Origin: Octopus sinensis
Lineage: Eukaryota
DNA: 64,000 bases
Assembly (NCBI RefSeq): GCF_006345805.1
Contig: NC_042997.1
Coordinates: forward strand, 183,830,001 to 183,894,000
Direction of reading: 5' to 3'
In this document: one piece after another, positions 38,329 through 52,911 of the stretch
Layout: every line of letters starts with the position of its first letter
How positions within the stretch are numbered: the first letter of the stretch is position 1
Notes under the pieces: model-generated
The model's database searches: none
Seen by the model: the letters and a program-made list of their open reading frames with translations, nothing else
What the model was told of the DNA's origin: nothing
Translations under genes and position numbers: made by a program

Positions 38329-38705
38329 GGGATCTTTTCGGTTTGAACGGCAGTTTTTAATGTGTTTATAAAACATCTTTTTCTCTTGGCTTTATTGAGA
38401 AAATTCTATAGTTTGTAAGATATTTGTTGTTTTTTTTTTCTTAAATTTCTGCAATTTCAACCAATCAATGACCGTCTATTGAGGTGAAAACATTCTGTGC
38501 CGTATGAATATGTCCCTCGTTTAAGAAACAGATTGGGTTTATTTACATTTCTGAAGAAAAAAAGATACCCTCCCCCCACCCCTAACCCTAACCCTAACCC
38601 TAAAATAGATTGAAATGCAATAGATTGATACTAGGGTCATAATTATGGGTGACAATTTCACATGACACCGCTAGAAAAAACTGCCATTCAAACCGAAAAG
38701 ATCCC
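38329..38705 (+). mobile_element. GGGATC-TIR MITE copy 2
   Basis: TIRs; 6-bp TSD CAATTT/CAATTT. Confidence 0.92.
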
Positions 38706-40290
38706 CCAATTTGTTAGTAGTTTGAAAAAAAAGATTAACCCTCATAAATGTTAATATAATCTCAACTCAAAGAATCTCTGATTTTACTTAATTTTTTTCT
38801 CATTGATTTACATAGTAAAGCATTAGAACAATTGACCAGGTACCTTTTATAGTATCTAGTTTAAATATTCTGCGTTTCTACATTCAGAAATACTACAGAA
38901 TTGAGTTAAGTGTTTAACAGTCATCATCATTTCATGTCCATTTTCCATGCTGACCAGCTGAAAGGCTGTTCAGGTTCCATGTCTGTTTTTGGTACAGTTT
39001 CTATGTTTGGATGCCCTTCCTAATGCCAACAACTTTACAGAAGTACTTTTACATAGCACCGGCATGGGTGCTTTTTCTGTGGCACCAGCACTTATAAATC
39101 CATAAGATTAGGGATGCTCAGCTGGAGAGGGTTGCAGGGGACAAGCCTGTATGCAAGGGCTACCATGCTTTTACTTAGCTTGATGTGTTTTTTCAAGCAC
39201 AGCAAACTGCCAGGAGTTTCAGTCCCCTGTCATCTGCTCTGTGAGTCCCAACATCTATAGATCTTTTCTCACCACTTCATCCCATATCTTCCTGGGTCTA
39301 CTCCTTCCACATTTTCCCTCTACAATTAGAGATCAGCACCTCTTGATGCAACTGCTCTCATTCATATGCATTCTGAGTTCATGTTCTTCCTGGGTAAATC
39401 TTTGCCCTTCATCCCTCCACTTCTATAAAACAGCTATCAGACAGGCATTGAGTTGCATTCAATTAATTGTACCCTTCCTTCAAGTATGGCTGCATAGTTA
39501 AGAGGTGTACTTTGTAGCCTTGTGGTTTCAGGTTCTGTCCCGCTGCACAGCACCTTGGGGAAGAATCTTCTGTTATACCCCTGGGCTGACCAGTACCTTG
39601 TGAGTAAATTTGATAGACAGAAACTATGGAAGTTCATTGCATATGTTTGTGCAATGTGCATGAACGTTGGTATTCCACAGTTTTGCTTGTCACTGCTTTT
39701 GCAAAAAAGTTTGCGTTCATTGTTTACATTATGGCTTGTTGCTCTGCACTTTCAAAGGTGCATGGAATAAAATTAACAATTACCTGTTGAAAAACAGGTA
39801 ACTGTTCATTATAGAAAGTGCATCCTGCTCTAAGATCCTGCTTTAGCTAAGCCCCCACTCAACCTGTAATCTGCATGGGAAAATGGGACTGAATGAATAC
39901 TATTACCTCTCAGAATGGGATTAATTGGCTGCAGCTGTTTGGGTTCTGGCTATTTGGCATAGCTGTTTGGGCATTAAATCTGATTTGACAATGGCTTTTT
40001 TAGTGATAGACTATTTAGCACAGAACGCAAACATACACACATACTCACACAGAAAGTGAGGGAGAGAGAGAGATAGACAGACATTGAACTGTTATACATA
40101 AAGAACGGAGAAAAAGCGATTGCACCTGATACACTGCATCTTGATGAGAGGGTTTGGTGGTGTTACAATGACCTAACAACATCCATTCTTTATTATTGTA
40201 TACACATATCTTTATGTTTGCACATGAACACTTCAGTTAATATTTTTATTGATTGCAACTATAATTTTGAGGGTTTTTTTTTTTCCCTAG

Positions 40291-40684
40291 ACTTTGAAAA
40301 CCAGCAAAGATGATGCTGAAACACCAGCTTCTGTGGAGGAGGATACTGAGAAAAATGAAAATGTCGATGAGGTGGAGCCTTTTGAAGAGGCACCTGAGGT
40401 AGCTGACGAAAAAGAGGATGAAGAAGAAATAGAAAATAAAGAAGCATATGAAGATGAAGATGAAAATGCTATAGATGTAGACGATGATTCTGATAATAGT
40501 TCTTCAACATCATCATCGTCAGCCTCATCATCATCATCGTCGTCGTCATCTACAGAAAGCAGTGATGATGAGTCAGAAGATTCAAAACTCAAGAACTCTA
40601 ATGATGTTCCGATGGATGTAGATTTGGATGATTTCGAGAACATAATTAAACAAAAGCTGGAAACATTGGAAAGTTTAGATAATG
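40291..40684 (+). CDS. PRPF4B: PRPF4B exon 6 (acidic/Ser-rich)
   Basis: ccctag acceptor, G|gtaaat donor; 394 nt, phase 0-1 links exons 5 and 7 in frame. Confidence 0.85.
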
Positions 40685-41548
40685 GTAAATATTCTCTTTT
40701 CATAACGAGTGAAATAAAGTTCGAGTGGGACGTGTTTCTGTGATACAGCCAACATTTGCATTAATGTATTTGTGTAAACGGTGGTGCCCCAGCCTGGCTG
40801 CAGTCCTCAGACTGAAACTTAATACATTACAGTGTGTTATTATAAAATGTTACTTAATCATTAAATTCCAGTAATGCAGGTATTGTGAAAGTCCTCATTG
40901 ATATAGGAAGTGTATGTCACTGACATCAACTCTTTTACTTGTTTCAGTCATTTGACTGCGGCCATGCTGGAGCACCACCTTTAGTCGAGCAAATCGACCC
41001 CAGGACTTATTTTTTGTAAGCCTAGTACTTATTCTATCGGTCTCCTTTGCTGAACTGCTAAGTTACGGGGACGTAAACACGCCAGGATTGGTTGTCAAGC
41101 GATGTTGGGGGGACAAACACAGACACACAAACACACACATACATATACATATATACGATGGGCTTCTTTCAGTTTCCATCTACCAAATCCACTCACAAGG
41201 CTTTGGTCGGCCCGAAGCTATAGTAGAAGACACTTGCCCAAGGTGCCACGCAGTGGGACTGAACCCGGAAACATGTGGTTAGTAAGCACGCTACTTACCA
41301 CACAGGCACTCCTGCGCCTGTCTGTATTGACTGAGAAGTAAAATCAATGCATTAAGTATGCAAGTATGGAGGAGAGTGATTGGGCCAAGAGAGAGAGAAA
41401 GAGATCCATTGATAAGTATAGACGTGTGTTGGTGAAAGTTGTTAACAATGAAAATGAGTATAGTTCTGGCAATCGATTGAATAAGAGATAGTGTGGAAGA
41501 GAAGTATCGGAGTGTAGGAAACTGGCAGATGTATGTTAGAGTATTTAA

Positions 41549-41834
41549 CCCTTTCAATACCAACCTGGATGAAACCGCCTCTAGCTCTGTAGTACAAATA
41601 TCTTGTTTTTATAAGGTTTAAATTAAAATCTTCCACCAAACCTTAGTCACAGTTTATGTTCCTAACACTAGCTTAATGATAACTAAGTTATTTTACTAAA
41701 TTCTTTCTTATATTTCAAGTAATTGAAAGAAACACAAAGCATCTCAAAAAGTTATTTTACTAAATTCTTTGTTATCTTCAAAATTAATTGGAAGAAACAC
41801 AGAGCATCTCAAAAGAAATATGGTAATGAAAGGG
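41549..41834. mobile_element. piggyBac-type MITE
   Basis: TTAA|CCCTTTC ... GAAAGGG|TTAA. Confidence 0.85.
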
Positions 41835-41987
41835 TTAAAGCTTCAATAAATTTATGTTAAAATAACTAGTCTACATTCATTGGATGCTTGATACTGTCAG
41901 GGAAGACAGTCTTCAGGAAGTTTCATTGTAAGTTAGTTTAAAATTATTTCTGCTTAATTTATGTCTCTTGATTTATTTCTTATTTAA

Positions 41988-42607
41988 CCCTTTAGCATTC
42001 AGATTACTTTGTCGACAGTGATATTTATTTACTCTTTTACTTGTTTCAGTCATTTGACAGCGGCCATGCTGGAGCACCGTCTTTTAGTCGAGCAAGGCAA
42101 CCCCAGGACTTATTCTTTGTAAGCCTAGTACTTATTCTATCGGTGTCTATTGCCGAACCGCTAAGTTACGGGGACATAAACACACCAGCATTGGTTGTCG
42201 AGAGATGTTGGGGTGGACAAACACAGACACACCAACATATACACACACACACACACACACACATATAGACAACGGGCTTCTTTCAGTTTCCGTCTACCAA
42301 ATCCACTCACAAGGCTTTGGTCGGCCCAAGGCTATAGTAGAAGACACTTGTCCAAGGTGCCATGCTGTGGGAATGAACCCCGGAACCATGTGGTTGGTAA
42401 GCAAGCTACTTACCACACAGCCACTCCTGCATTTATTCACATTTTTAAAAATTAACCATGTATTATCTTGTAGCTTTAAGATTTTGATGATGTGATAATA
42501 TATTTTTAGATTAACATTGTAGGGTAGGTGTGAGAGGCTGGATTTGGCCAGCTTCAACGTAAAACGGAATATTTTGGCTGGATGTGACTGGTTTAAGTGC
42601 TAAAGGG
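41988..42607. mobile_element. piggyBac-type MITE interrupted by a SINE
   Basis: TTAA|CCCTTTAGCA ... TGCTAAAGGG|TTAA; SINE at ~42025-42432. Confidence 0.85.
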
Positions 42608-43181
42608 TTAATCAGATCTTAATGGATTATGTAAAAGGATTAACGAACTTGCTAAGTGTGTCCATTTGTTTCTTTTAATAGTAGAACATATAAATCATTC
42701 TTTTTGTCATATGCTATCAACTTGTCTTGTTATATGGTATGGCTAATATAAATATAACAAATGTGCTCTCCAGAGCATTAATTAAATGGTTTCTTTCGCA
42801 GCAGTATCAACCTTTACTAAGGATTATTGTTAATCATTTTATCGCATTTGTCTTATGTCCTTCCTGCTTCTGATCTCCTTAAAGATTCATCAGACAAATA
42901 AGGCATTCACAATTCTAATTACTTTTAGTTTTCACTCATAATTTTCCATGCCTTTTTCAGCAGCTCATTGTCTCTCGTGTATTCCATTTCCAATCAGACT
43001 GCACATTATGTGTATTGAGGCGCTGGGATGACTTGTGTAATTCCTAGTAAGTTGGTTCTGTGTTTGCTAAATTTGTATTCTTCTCTTGGTAGATCAAATA
43101 TTTGTGAGTTTTTCTGCTAATTTAAAAAAAAAAAAATCATAGAAGGTTGGCTCAGATCTTTCTTCTCAGTAAATTCATCTA

Positions 43182-43262
43182 CGAGGGGGTGCTGAAAAGT
43201 TCTTGACTTTGGGTAAAAGATAATACAAGAGGATCAGTTAATTATGATTTTATCCAACATAT
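43182..43262 (+). mobile_element. Mariner-type MITE terminus
   Basis: TA|CGAGGGGGTGCTGAAAAGTTC, cut by a downstream repeat. Confidence 0.5.
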
Positions 43263-44133
43263 CCAGCCTCGCCTGGCCCCCGTGCCGGTGACACGTAAAA
43301 GCACCATCCGTTTCGTGGCCGTTTGCCAGCTCTGTCTGGCCCCCGTGTTGGTGGCACGTAAAAGCACCATCCATTCGTGTCCGTTGCCAGCCTCGCCTGG
43401 CCCCCGTGCCGGTGACACGTAAAAGCACCATCCGTTCGTGGCCGTTTGCCAGCTCTGTCTGGCACCTGTGTGGGTGGCACGTAAAAAGCACCCACTACAC
43501 TCACGGAGTGGTTGGCGTTAGGAAGGGCATCCAGCCGTAGAAACACTGCCAGATCTGACTGGGCCTGATGAAGCCTTCCAGCTTCACAGACCCCAGTTGA
43601 ACCGTCCAACCCATGCTAGCATGGAAAACGGACGCTAAATGATGATGATGATTCCCCTTGTCCCCTCTATGTTTAGCCCCTTGTGGGCAATAAAGAAATA
43701 AGAAACTGAAAGAAGCCTGTCATGTGTCTGTGTATCTGTGTTTGTCCCCCTCCCCACTGCTTGACAACTGGTGTTGGTGTGTTTATGTCCCTGTATGTTT
43801 AGCTAAATCCCTTCAAGGCGGTGCCCCAGCATGGCCGTTGTCGGATGACTGGTGCAAGTAAAAGATAATGTTTTAAGAACAGCAAAAGACATTTGCAACT
43901 TTGGAAGTCAGACAAATAAAGGATCCATTACACCAAATTTTATATATAATTCAGGTTTTAGTTTGTATGCTTTTTTTTACTTTTTGTATTCCAAAGAGTA
44001 GATACCAATAACTACTACAAGGAACTTAAATATTAATGATACCAAGTTTGGTAGAAAATCATAATATTTAAATGGTTTGAAACTGTTGCCTTCATCCTTT
44101 CATTTAATATCAAATAAATGCATTTATGTATTC

Positions 44134-44439
44134 CTAGCAGTATTGCCCGGCGTTGCTCGGGTTTGTAAGGGAAATAACTATATAAGCATTTTTAGAGAGT
44201 TACTTCCCTTATATAACCCGAGAAAAAATCATTAAAAATGCGGAAAAATTATGGTAAATTTTTTTTTAAATCGTAGACTCATCGTAGACGCGCGCTAATA
44301 CCCAGAAGGGCTTGATATGAATGACGACTATAAGATACCCGCTTTGGTTAAACTGCACTGCAAAATGTGGGAGTAGTTAGGAATCTAAATCGGAGGAGAC
44401 AGCGTCTCACACACACAACTTCAATTTTATATATAAAGA
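44134..44439 (-). mobile_element. Non-autonomous Helitron copy 2
   Basis: Same termini and body as 5812-6210, shorter interior. Confidence 0.8.
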
Positions 44440-44566
44440 TATTATTCTAAATATTAGCTTGCCTTTTCTTTAAATGCTAACTTTTTTTTTCTAATTTTCA
44501 GTTCTCCATCACTGTTTGTTAATATATAATGGTATATTTGATTGTTTTCCTTTGTTTTTCCTAAAG

Positions 44567-44682
44567 ATTCTGAACCCTTGTTACAACCTTCACTCAATGA
44601 CTCATTATCTAACAAGAAGGCTGTGCCGGTGAGGTCAGGAATTGACATGTTTGCAGAAAATGAAACTCTAGATGAATACCAT
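44567..44682 (+). CDS. PRPF4B: PRPF4B exon 7
   Basis: ctaaag...CAT|gtaaga; contains GIDMFAE (human DMF motif); phase 1-0. Confidence 0.88.
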
Positions 44683-44799
44683 GTAAGAATAACTCGTGTA
44701 TTCTGTTCATAAACATATCTATGTGCTTATATATGCGTATTCAATTATGAGTATTTTCATGTAGCTGTATGCATGGTAGCAATGGTATAAGTATCTTTA

Positions 44800-45031
44800 A
44801 GGCGGCGAGCTGGCAGAATTGTTAGCACGTCGGGCGAAATGCTTAGCAGTATTTCTTCTGCCGCTACGTTCTGAGTTCAAATTCCGCCGAGGTTGACTTT
44901 GCCTTTCATCCTTTCGGGGTCGATTAAATAAGTACCAGTTACGCACTGGGGTCGGTATAATCAACTTAATCCGTTTGTCTGTCCTTGTTTGACCTCTCTG
45001 TGTTTAGCCCCTTGTGGGTAGTAAAGAAATA
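44800..45031 (+). mobile_element. tRNA-derived SINE family C with 16-bp TSD
   Basis: Head GGCGGCGAGCTGGCAGAA..GAGTTCAAATTCC; TSD GGTATAAGTATCTTTA. Other copies 25899-26135 (TSD GAATTCATTTCAT), 48783-48990. Confidence 0.9.
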
Positions 45032-46046
45032 GGTATAAGTATCTTTATGAAGTTGTATGTGTGGTGGTAGTTTTTACAATTCTATAGTAAGTCTTGTAAC
45101 CACTCAACTGTGAAATGGGTCTTTTTATAGATGAAGCAGACTGTAACAAAGATATGGATCCTGCTCATTGACAGAACACAATGTTCATACCCAACTATGA
45201 AACCGAACACGCTCAAGTAAAATAGATTTTGTTACAGGTCAGGCTGACTGTAACAAGAAGCGTTGTCAGCTTTCAGGTTTCAACTTATGTGGGTTAGTAG
45301 ACCAGCATCTGAACCCCACAGCAGTTGTACTACTTTTGAAAATGTTTATTGTTTTATCTGGCTGCTTGCGAAGACCTGTTGAGGCAAGTGAAATCAAAAT
45401 CAAATTTGATGACTGACATTCGTGCTAGCAGGGTGCAAAGAGCACCATATGAGCGTGATCGTTGACAGAGTGGCTAACCGGCTTCCATGCCAGTGGCACA
45501 TAAAAGGCACCATTTGAGTGTGATCATTATCAGCGTCGTCTTATTGGCACTTGAGCCCCGTGCTAATAGGGTGTTAAGAGCACCATCCGAGCATGATCGT
45601 TGCCAGAGCGGTTATCTGGCCTCCGTGCTGGTGGCACGTAAAAGGCACCATTCGAGCGTGATCGTTACCAGCATTGCCTTACTTGCACCTGTGCCAGTGG
45701 CATGTGTAAAAGATTCGAGCAAGGTCATTGCCAGTACAGCCTGACTGGCCCCGTGCTGGTGGCACGTAAAAAGCACCCACTACACTCTCAGAGTGGTTGG
45801 CATTAGGAAGGGCATCCAGCTGTAGAAACTCTGCCAGATCAAGATTGAAGCATGGTGCAGCCATCTGGTTCACCAGCCCTCAGCCAAATCGTCCAACCCA
45901 TGCTAGCAGGGAAAGCGAACGTTAAACGATGATGATGCCCATTTATTTTTAAAATGAGCATTAACAGTATTAAATAAATGATTGCTTTAATTAGAAATTC
46001 AAGACTAACAGTCTACTAATCTGTTGGGACCTGTTTTGTATTTCAG

Positions 46047-46131
46047 GATGTTTGTGTGGCAAACTATACTGGTGCTGTTCATGAAAACCCAAGTCTGACA
46101 GATAACTGGGATGATGCTGAAGGATACTACA
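46047..46131 (+). CDS. PRPF4B: PRPF4B exon 8
   Basis: tttcag...A|gtaagt; ENPSLTDNWDDAEGYY, PRP4 signature. Confidence 0.97.
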
Positions 46132-47634
46132 GTAAGTTGACATTATATTCTTTAATTAGTGTCTTTCCAAAAGAGGTTGTTAATTGACATCACTTGAACA
46201 AAAGAGATGCAGTATATTGTATTGACATAATTATTTGGTCCCTACACTCAGAAGAAAGCAAAGTTCATCTCAAAAGTAGATATGGTCATACATTTAGTTT
46301 AGGCTTAGTTAAGGTCATTTCCTATACTTTTACATTTTGTAAGTTAATACCTCCAAAATCATGGGAATCAAATGTTAAATCTATGATAAGAATTTATATA
46401 ACTCAATGTAATTAGTCATGTTTTTGTTAAATTTTTTGTATTTAATTATTTCTCAACCCCTTTTCAATCTTTCTCAACCCCCTTTCATAGCCCACTATCA
46501 ATACCCCCTCCACCTTTGTCATCCTACTTACTATGGCCACAGTCATCTATTTCTGGTCCCCATCTCTGCCATAATTCATCATCCTCCCACCAACTTCATT
46601 GTCAGATTGCTACTCCCCACAATTGTGCTTTCCACAATTTCTCCTTCCGGATCCACTTCTGTCATTCTCACCCCTGCCTCCAAACTGATATTTACAATCA
46701 ACCACATCTTCACCCGTTTTCATCACTCTCTACATCCACGTTTACTCCAATTTCTACCCCTCTGTCACTCTCTTCCCACATTCTCATGAAATTACTTATC
46801 CTTTCTTTCCCTCCCGATCCACAATTTAGACTTTCCCTTATACTTGCCTTGTACCTTGTGAGTTACACTCTAACCTCCCGTTACCATCATCTTTATTTCC
46901 CTTTCACTCTCACATAATGCTGGGAAGTCATGTATCTCCTTTATAGTAAGACATCTGTGCTAATTTCTCTATCATAGTTTAGCCTTGAACACTTTGCTTA
47001 AAAGTAATTTCCATCTCTCTCTCAAATACTCCCACTTAGATGTGGTGTCTTTTTGTTTTTCCTTTCTTTACTATGTCTTACATGTTACTTTGGTGTAATG
47101 GAAAAAAGCACTCAGTAATGTGGTTGGTGTTAGGAAGAGCATCGAGCCATAGAAAGTATGCCAAAGTTGACATTAGGGCCTGATGCAGTGGCTCGTTGGA
47201 CCCTGTCAAACCATCCAACACATGTCATTTTGGCAAATGGATGTGAAATGATGATGGTGTTGACAATGATGGTAAAGGTGGTGGTGATGATGATTGTGTT
47301 AGAAATTTAACCTGTTTTTAAATATCCATTTGTTTTTTTTTCGTGCTTGCTTAGTGTGGGATTATTTCTTTTTCAAAACAATTGTTTTTAGGATTGAATG
47401 TCCCTCCTACTAATAATCACTCAGCTATGAAGAAAGAGTGAATTCCCATCCTTTCTTTTCTTTTTAAAGTTAGGGAAACTTGAGCATGCAAAGCTAGGGT
47501 AACGCCATAATCTCTGTAGTAAAACCTAAATAGTCAGTAGCCCAGCTTTGTGTCCTTGTCGGTCTAAATGATATTTCATTGCTACCTATGCACAACCAAG
47601 AGTAATGACAAGATGTAGTGACAGTAGTGACAAG

Positions 47635-48080
47635 CATTTGCCATATTTTGAATGCCTTACTTCCCTGGGCATGGATACATTGAAACTCCGACGTCTGGCA
47701 GCTGACTTGGCAGACATCCATAAAATTATTAACCATCTTACTAACAATAACTCTGAGCACCTTTTCAAACTCCATCTGTCTAACACCCGTGGACATGTTT
47801 ACAAAGTCAGAAAACAGCACAGTTCCCATGACTTTCGGAAACATTTTTTCACACTAAGAGTTGCTGAAGCATGGAACAGACTGCTGGCATCAGTTGTTAG
47901 TTGTCGGAGCACTGCATCCTTCAAAACTTCCATGCTTCCTGAGATTCGCCAACACTACACCTGATTTTCTCCCCTCCATACACATGCAAGCATGTATCTG
48001 ACTCCTACACTGTTCACTTTCCAGACATTTGTACATTACTGCATATGCTTTATACACACTTTTGACAAGTTGTGGTGCAC
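47635..48080 (+). mobile_element. CR1/L2-group LINE 3' end
   Basis: TLKLRRLAADL..NTRGHVYKVRKQ..RVAEAWNRL. Confidence 0.88.
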
Positions 48081-48317
48081 CACGCCAGCCCTCAGTCAAA
48101 ATCGTCCAACCCATGCTAGCATGGAAAGTGGACGTTAAACGATGATGATGATGATTATTATTATTATTATTAAGATCAGTTAAGCATCAAATGTCTCTTG
48201 GCATTTAGTTATGTCCCTTCACATTCTAAATTCAAATTCCACTGAGGTTGACTTACCTTTTATCCTTCCATAGTTGATAAAATAAAGTACTTTGTCAAGT
48301 ACTGGTGTCAATATTAA

Positions 48318-48551
<234 letters not shown>

Positions 48552-49538
48552 TAAGTTTCGTGTTTGTATTTAATAATTATCTTAATTTTGATCTATATAG
48601 AATTTATTATATAAAAAAACTTTTCCATGAATTTTCCTACATTACCTCTTTTTTTTTTAACTGTTTAGATTGCACTTTCTTCAATATGAGGAAATGGTGA
48701 TGTATACCTGAAAAAGGATTTAATACAATTTTTTCAACATTTTAAATTGTCATATAAAAATTATATTCTGTTTAAGCTTATTAGGTGGCGAGCTGGCAGA
48801 ATCATTAGCATGCTGGGAAAAATGCTTAGAGGCATTTTGTCCATCTTTATGTTCTGAGTTCAAATTCCACCGAGGTCGACTTTGCCTTTCATTCTTTTGT
48901 GGTTGATAAAATAAGTACCAATTAAGCACTGGGGTCGATTTAATCAACTTCTCACTCCTTACAAATTTCAGACCTTGTGCCTATAGTAGAAAGAATTATT
49001 TAAGCTCATTAAAATTCTATTAAGTGGATAAAGAACTTGAATTATCTCCTTTAAAATTGCTTCATGTCTTACATATAGAGAAAGAGATATGCTGGGTAGA
49101 TTTTATATTGTTAAGATTATTTTTGTAAGATTCAGTTTTTTTTTAAACAAAGTTTTACATAGTAAACTTTCTTTTTTAACTGAAAACATCAAAGGACAGA
49201 TCTCTTCAAGACATTTTCTTTTTTATATATCATTGTCTATGATGTTTTGTAGTATATCTGAACCTGGTGAGGTTAAGGTAAGAGACCTCACAGCTCATGG
49301 TTTACTGTAGTTGGAAGTGGCATATAAGATTTTGAGTTCTTCTCTCACAGAAGACCTGGTCTAAATACTTTCAACAGAGTGGATTCTACCAGCCAGGAAT
49401 GATGCTAGACTGAGTGATGGATCATAATATTTTAAAAGTGATTGATTCTTTTGTGTTTCTATTTAACAGCTACTTAAACCTGTAAAACTCTTACAACAAG
49501 AAGGAAATTAACTCTCTGGACTGAAATAAAAATAATCA

Positions 49539-49873
49539 TCTCTATATAAATGGCAAAATGTGTGTGTGTGTGTGTGTGTGTCCTTTATACAAATCCACAA
49601 TTTTTCAGTCTATAGTCATTCAAAACCGTCCAAGGGTGGTTGTGCACATCTTTACATTTCCCCAGTCACCCTGCAAAACCATTAAAAAATCAATAGAAGT
49701 GACTTTTTTGTGAATTTTCTATCCAAAACCCAATCAAAATGCTTGAAACTTGATACGCCAATTGAATGCCAGCTAGCTGTATGTGATTGGTCGGAGATTT
49801 GGACAGTACTCGTGTGTACGTGCGCATGCATGCACTAGCACTATGACCCGGTGTTGCCGGGTCATAGTGCTAA
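49539..49873 (+). mobile_element. Non-autonomous Helitron, second family
   Basis: A|TCTCTATATAAA ... perfect 16-bp hairpin 49836-49872 ending CTAA|T. Confidence 0.65.
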
Positions 49874-51703
49874 TAGCAATAGTATAATTATGTTATATAT
49901 TTCCCTTTTTCTATATGTAATAAGTCTAAAGGAGATGATTCATAAAATTCTTTGGTAATTGAGATTAAGATTTGTTTTTTATATAATTTCAAATAACAAC
50001 TCTTATTCTTTTTGTATCTTGTCAAAGTAGCTGTTTCTTCAATCATCATCATCATCATCGTTTAACGTCCGTTCTCCATGCTAGCATGGGTTGGACGGTT
50101 CGACCGGGGATCTGGGAAGCCAGAAGGCTGCACCAGGCTCCAGTCTTATCTGGCAATGTTTCTACAGCTGGATGCCCTTCCTAACGCCAACCACTCCGTG
50201 AGTGTAGTGGGTGCTTTTTACGTGCCACCTGCACAGGTGCCAGGCGAGGCTGGCAACGGCCATGGTCGGATTGGTGTATTTTATGTGCCACCAGCACGGA
50301 AGCCAGTCAAGGTGGCGCTGGCATCGGCCACGAGTCGGATAGTGCTTTTTACGTACTACCAGACCAGGGATCCTGGCTGGTTCAATTCGATTTCGGGAAA
50401 CTTTAATATGCTTCACTATGTAACTACATGAAGACGTTATGTAACTGATGGAAATTGAATATTTAGGAATGTAGTAAACCCTTGTAAGGGGTATAATTAT
50501 TTGAATGTGTAAATATAAATTTGAATTCTAGACAAAGATGAGAAGTATATTGAAAGATAGACTTGTGTTGCTGTAGGTATGCAATAAAAATAAATGATAC
50601 GCTATATTGAAAGTGAGTCAACATTTCTGATCTCCATGAAATTTCAAATTAATTTTATGTTCAAGGTTTTAAAAAGGCACAGGAGTGGCTGTGGTAAGTA
50701 GCTTGCTTACCAATCACATGGTTCCAGGTCCATTCCCATTATGTGGCACCTTGGGCAAGTGTCTTCTACTATTGCCTCAAGCCAACCAAAGCCTTGTGAG
50801 TGGATTTGGTAGACGGAAACTGAAAGAAGCCCATCGTATATATGTATATATATATGTGTGTGTGTTGTGTGTGTGTATATGTTTGTGTGTCTGTGTTTAT
50901 GTCCCTGTAACTTAGCGGTTCGGCAAAAGAGACCGACAGAATAAGTACTAGGCTTACAAAGAATAAGTCTTGGGGTCAATTTGCTCGACTAAAGGCAGTG
51001 CTCCAGCATGGCCGCAGTCAAATGACTGAAACAGGTAAAAAGAGTTGTTGTTCAGTGTTACATTTTAGGTACTTGCAAACTGAATTAAGTATGCTTGGTG
51101 CAATATTTGTCTTTGGCTTAACTCTTTAGCATTTAAGTTTGCCATATGTGGCTCAAATATTATGTTTAATGTTCAAATTGACCGGATTCAACCTCTCACA
51201 TCTACCTATAATATCATTCTAAAACTAAACAGTTACATTACTGAAATCTCAAAGCTACAAAATAATGCATAATTAATTCAAAACAATATGAATACCTTGG
51301 ATCGTAGGGTGACCTGCTGTGCTTGAGGAGACCTATTGAATTAAGTACATCAACATCAAAATAAATATCAAATGGAAATTGTAGTTGTGATACCTGTGCT
51401 GGTGGCACGTAAAAAGCACCATCCAAACGTGGCTGATGCCAGCGCCGCCTTGACTGGCTTCTGTGCCGGTGACACGTAAAAAGCACAAACCGATCGTGGC
51501 TGCTGCCAGCCTCGTCTGGCACCTGTGCTGGTGGCACGTAAAAAGCACCCACTACACTCACGGAGTGGTTGGCATTAGGAAAGACATCCAGCTGTAGAAA
51601 CACTGCCAGATTGGACTGGAGCCTGGTGCAACCTCCTGGCTTCCCAGACCTCAGTTGAACCGTCCAACCCGTGCTAGCATGGAAAACGGACGTTAAACGA
51701 TGG

Positions 51704-51734
<31 letters not shown>

Positions 51735-52011
51735 TAGCCAAGAATTACATTTGACAGTAATCTGAATTTAGCATTCAGATTCCTCTGTCAAATTGATCAT
51801 ACAATTTCAATTTTATGACTGCGATCTCAGTCAAAATAAGAAATAATTAAATTTCAGATGAAGCAAAGAAAGTTGAGAGATGTGTTGGATGTCTAGAAAG
51901 CATTTATGTGGAAAGTAAAAAAGGAAAACAAAATGGGGTTGTTAATGATATATATTTGATTTGTATGTAAATTGTTATTTTAATGCTCTACAGCCATCTT
52001 TAATTTGATAA

Positions 52012-52164
<153 letters not shown>

Positions 52165-52911
52165 TAAGTAGTAACTCCAGTTTTCAAATCTCTTATATTA
52201 TATGAAATGTGTAACTTATATGAGATTATACAGTGAATGGTTGTTGAAGAATGAGTTGGAAGAGGAATATGTTTCATTGAATGCTTTGTGTTAATTTATG
52301 AGAAAACTCTTAAGTTAGGACAGCTACTGTATACCGAAAGAAAAGATAACAGTATTGATAAACGCTAGATACATAGACGTGGGAGTGGCTGTGTGGTAAG
52401 TAGCTTGCTTACAAACCACATGGTTCCAGGTTCAGTCCCACTGCGTGGCACCTTGGGCAAGTGTCTTTTACTATAGCCTCAGGCCGACCAAAGCCTTGTG
52501 AGTGGATTTGGTAGACGGAAACTGAAACTAGCCCATCGTATATATGTATATATGTGTGTGTGTGTCTGTGTTTTTCCCCCCAACATTGCTTGACAACCGA
52601 TGCTGGTGTGTTTACATCCCCGTAACTTAGCAGTTCGGCAAAAGAGACCGATAGAATAAGTACTAGGCTTACAAAGAATAAGTCCTGGGGTTGATTTGCT
52701 CGACTAAAGGCGGTGCTCCAGCATGGCCACAGTCAAATGACTGAAATGAGTAAAAGATTATTATTACAAGAAAAGAAAGAAATATGCCATGTGAAGTTTT
52801 TCTATTAAGCTGATGAATTCTTTACACATTCTGTATGGATAGGTTTGCTGATATAGTTTATGCAACCTCAATTGTTATAATTTTTAATTTTCCATCCACA
52901 TTTATTATGTA

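Noticed and set aside
46418-46917. Two overlapping 123-133 aa ORFs
   Set aside because: Low-complexity C/T-rich sequence with no splice context or recognisable motif; probably decayed repeat.
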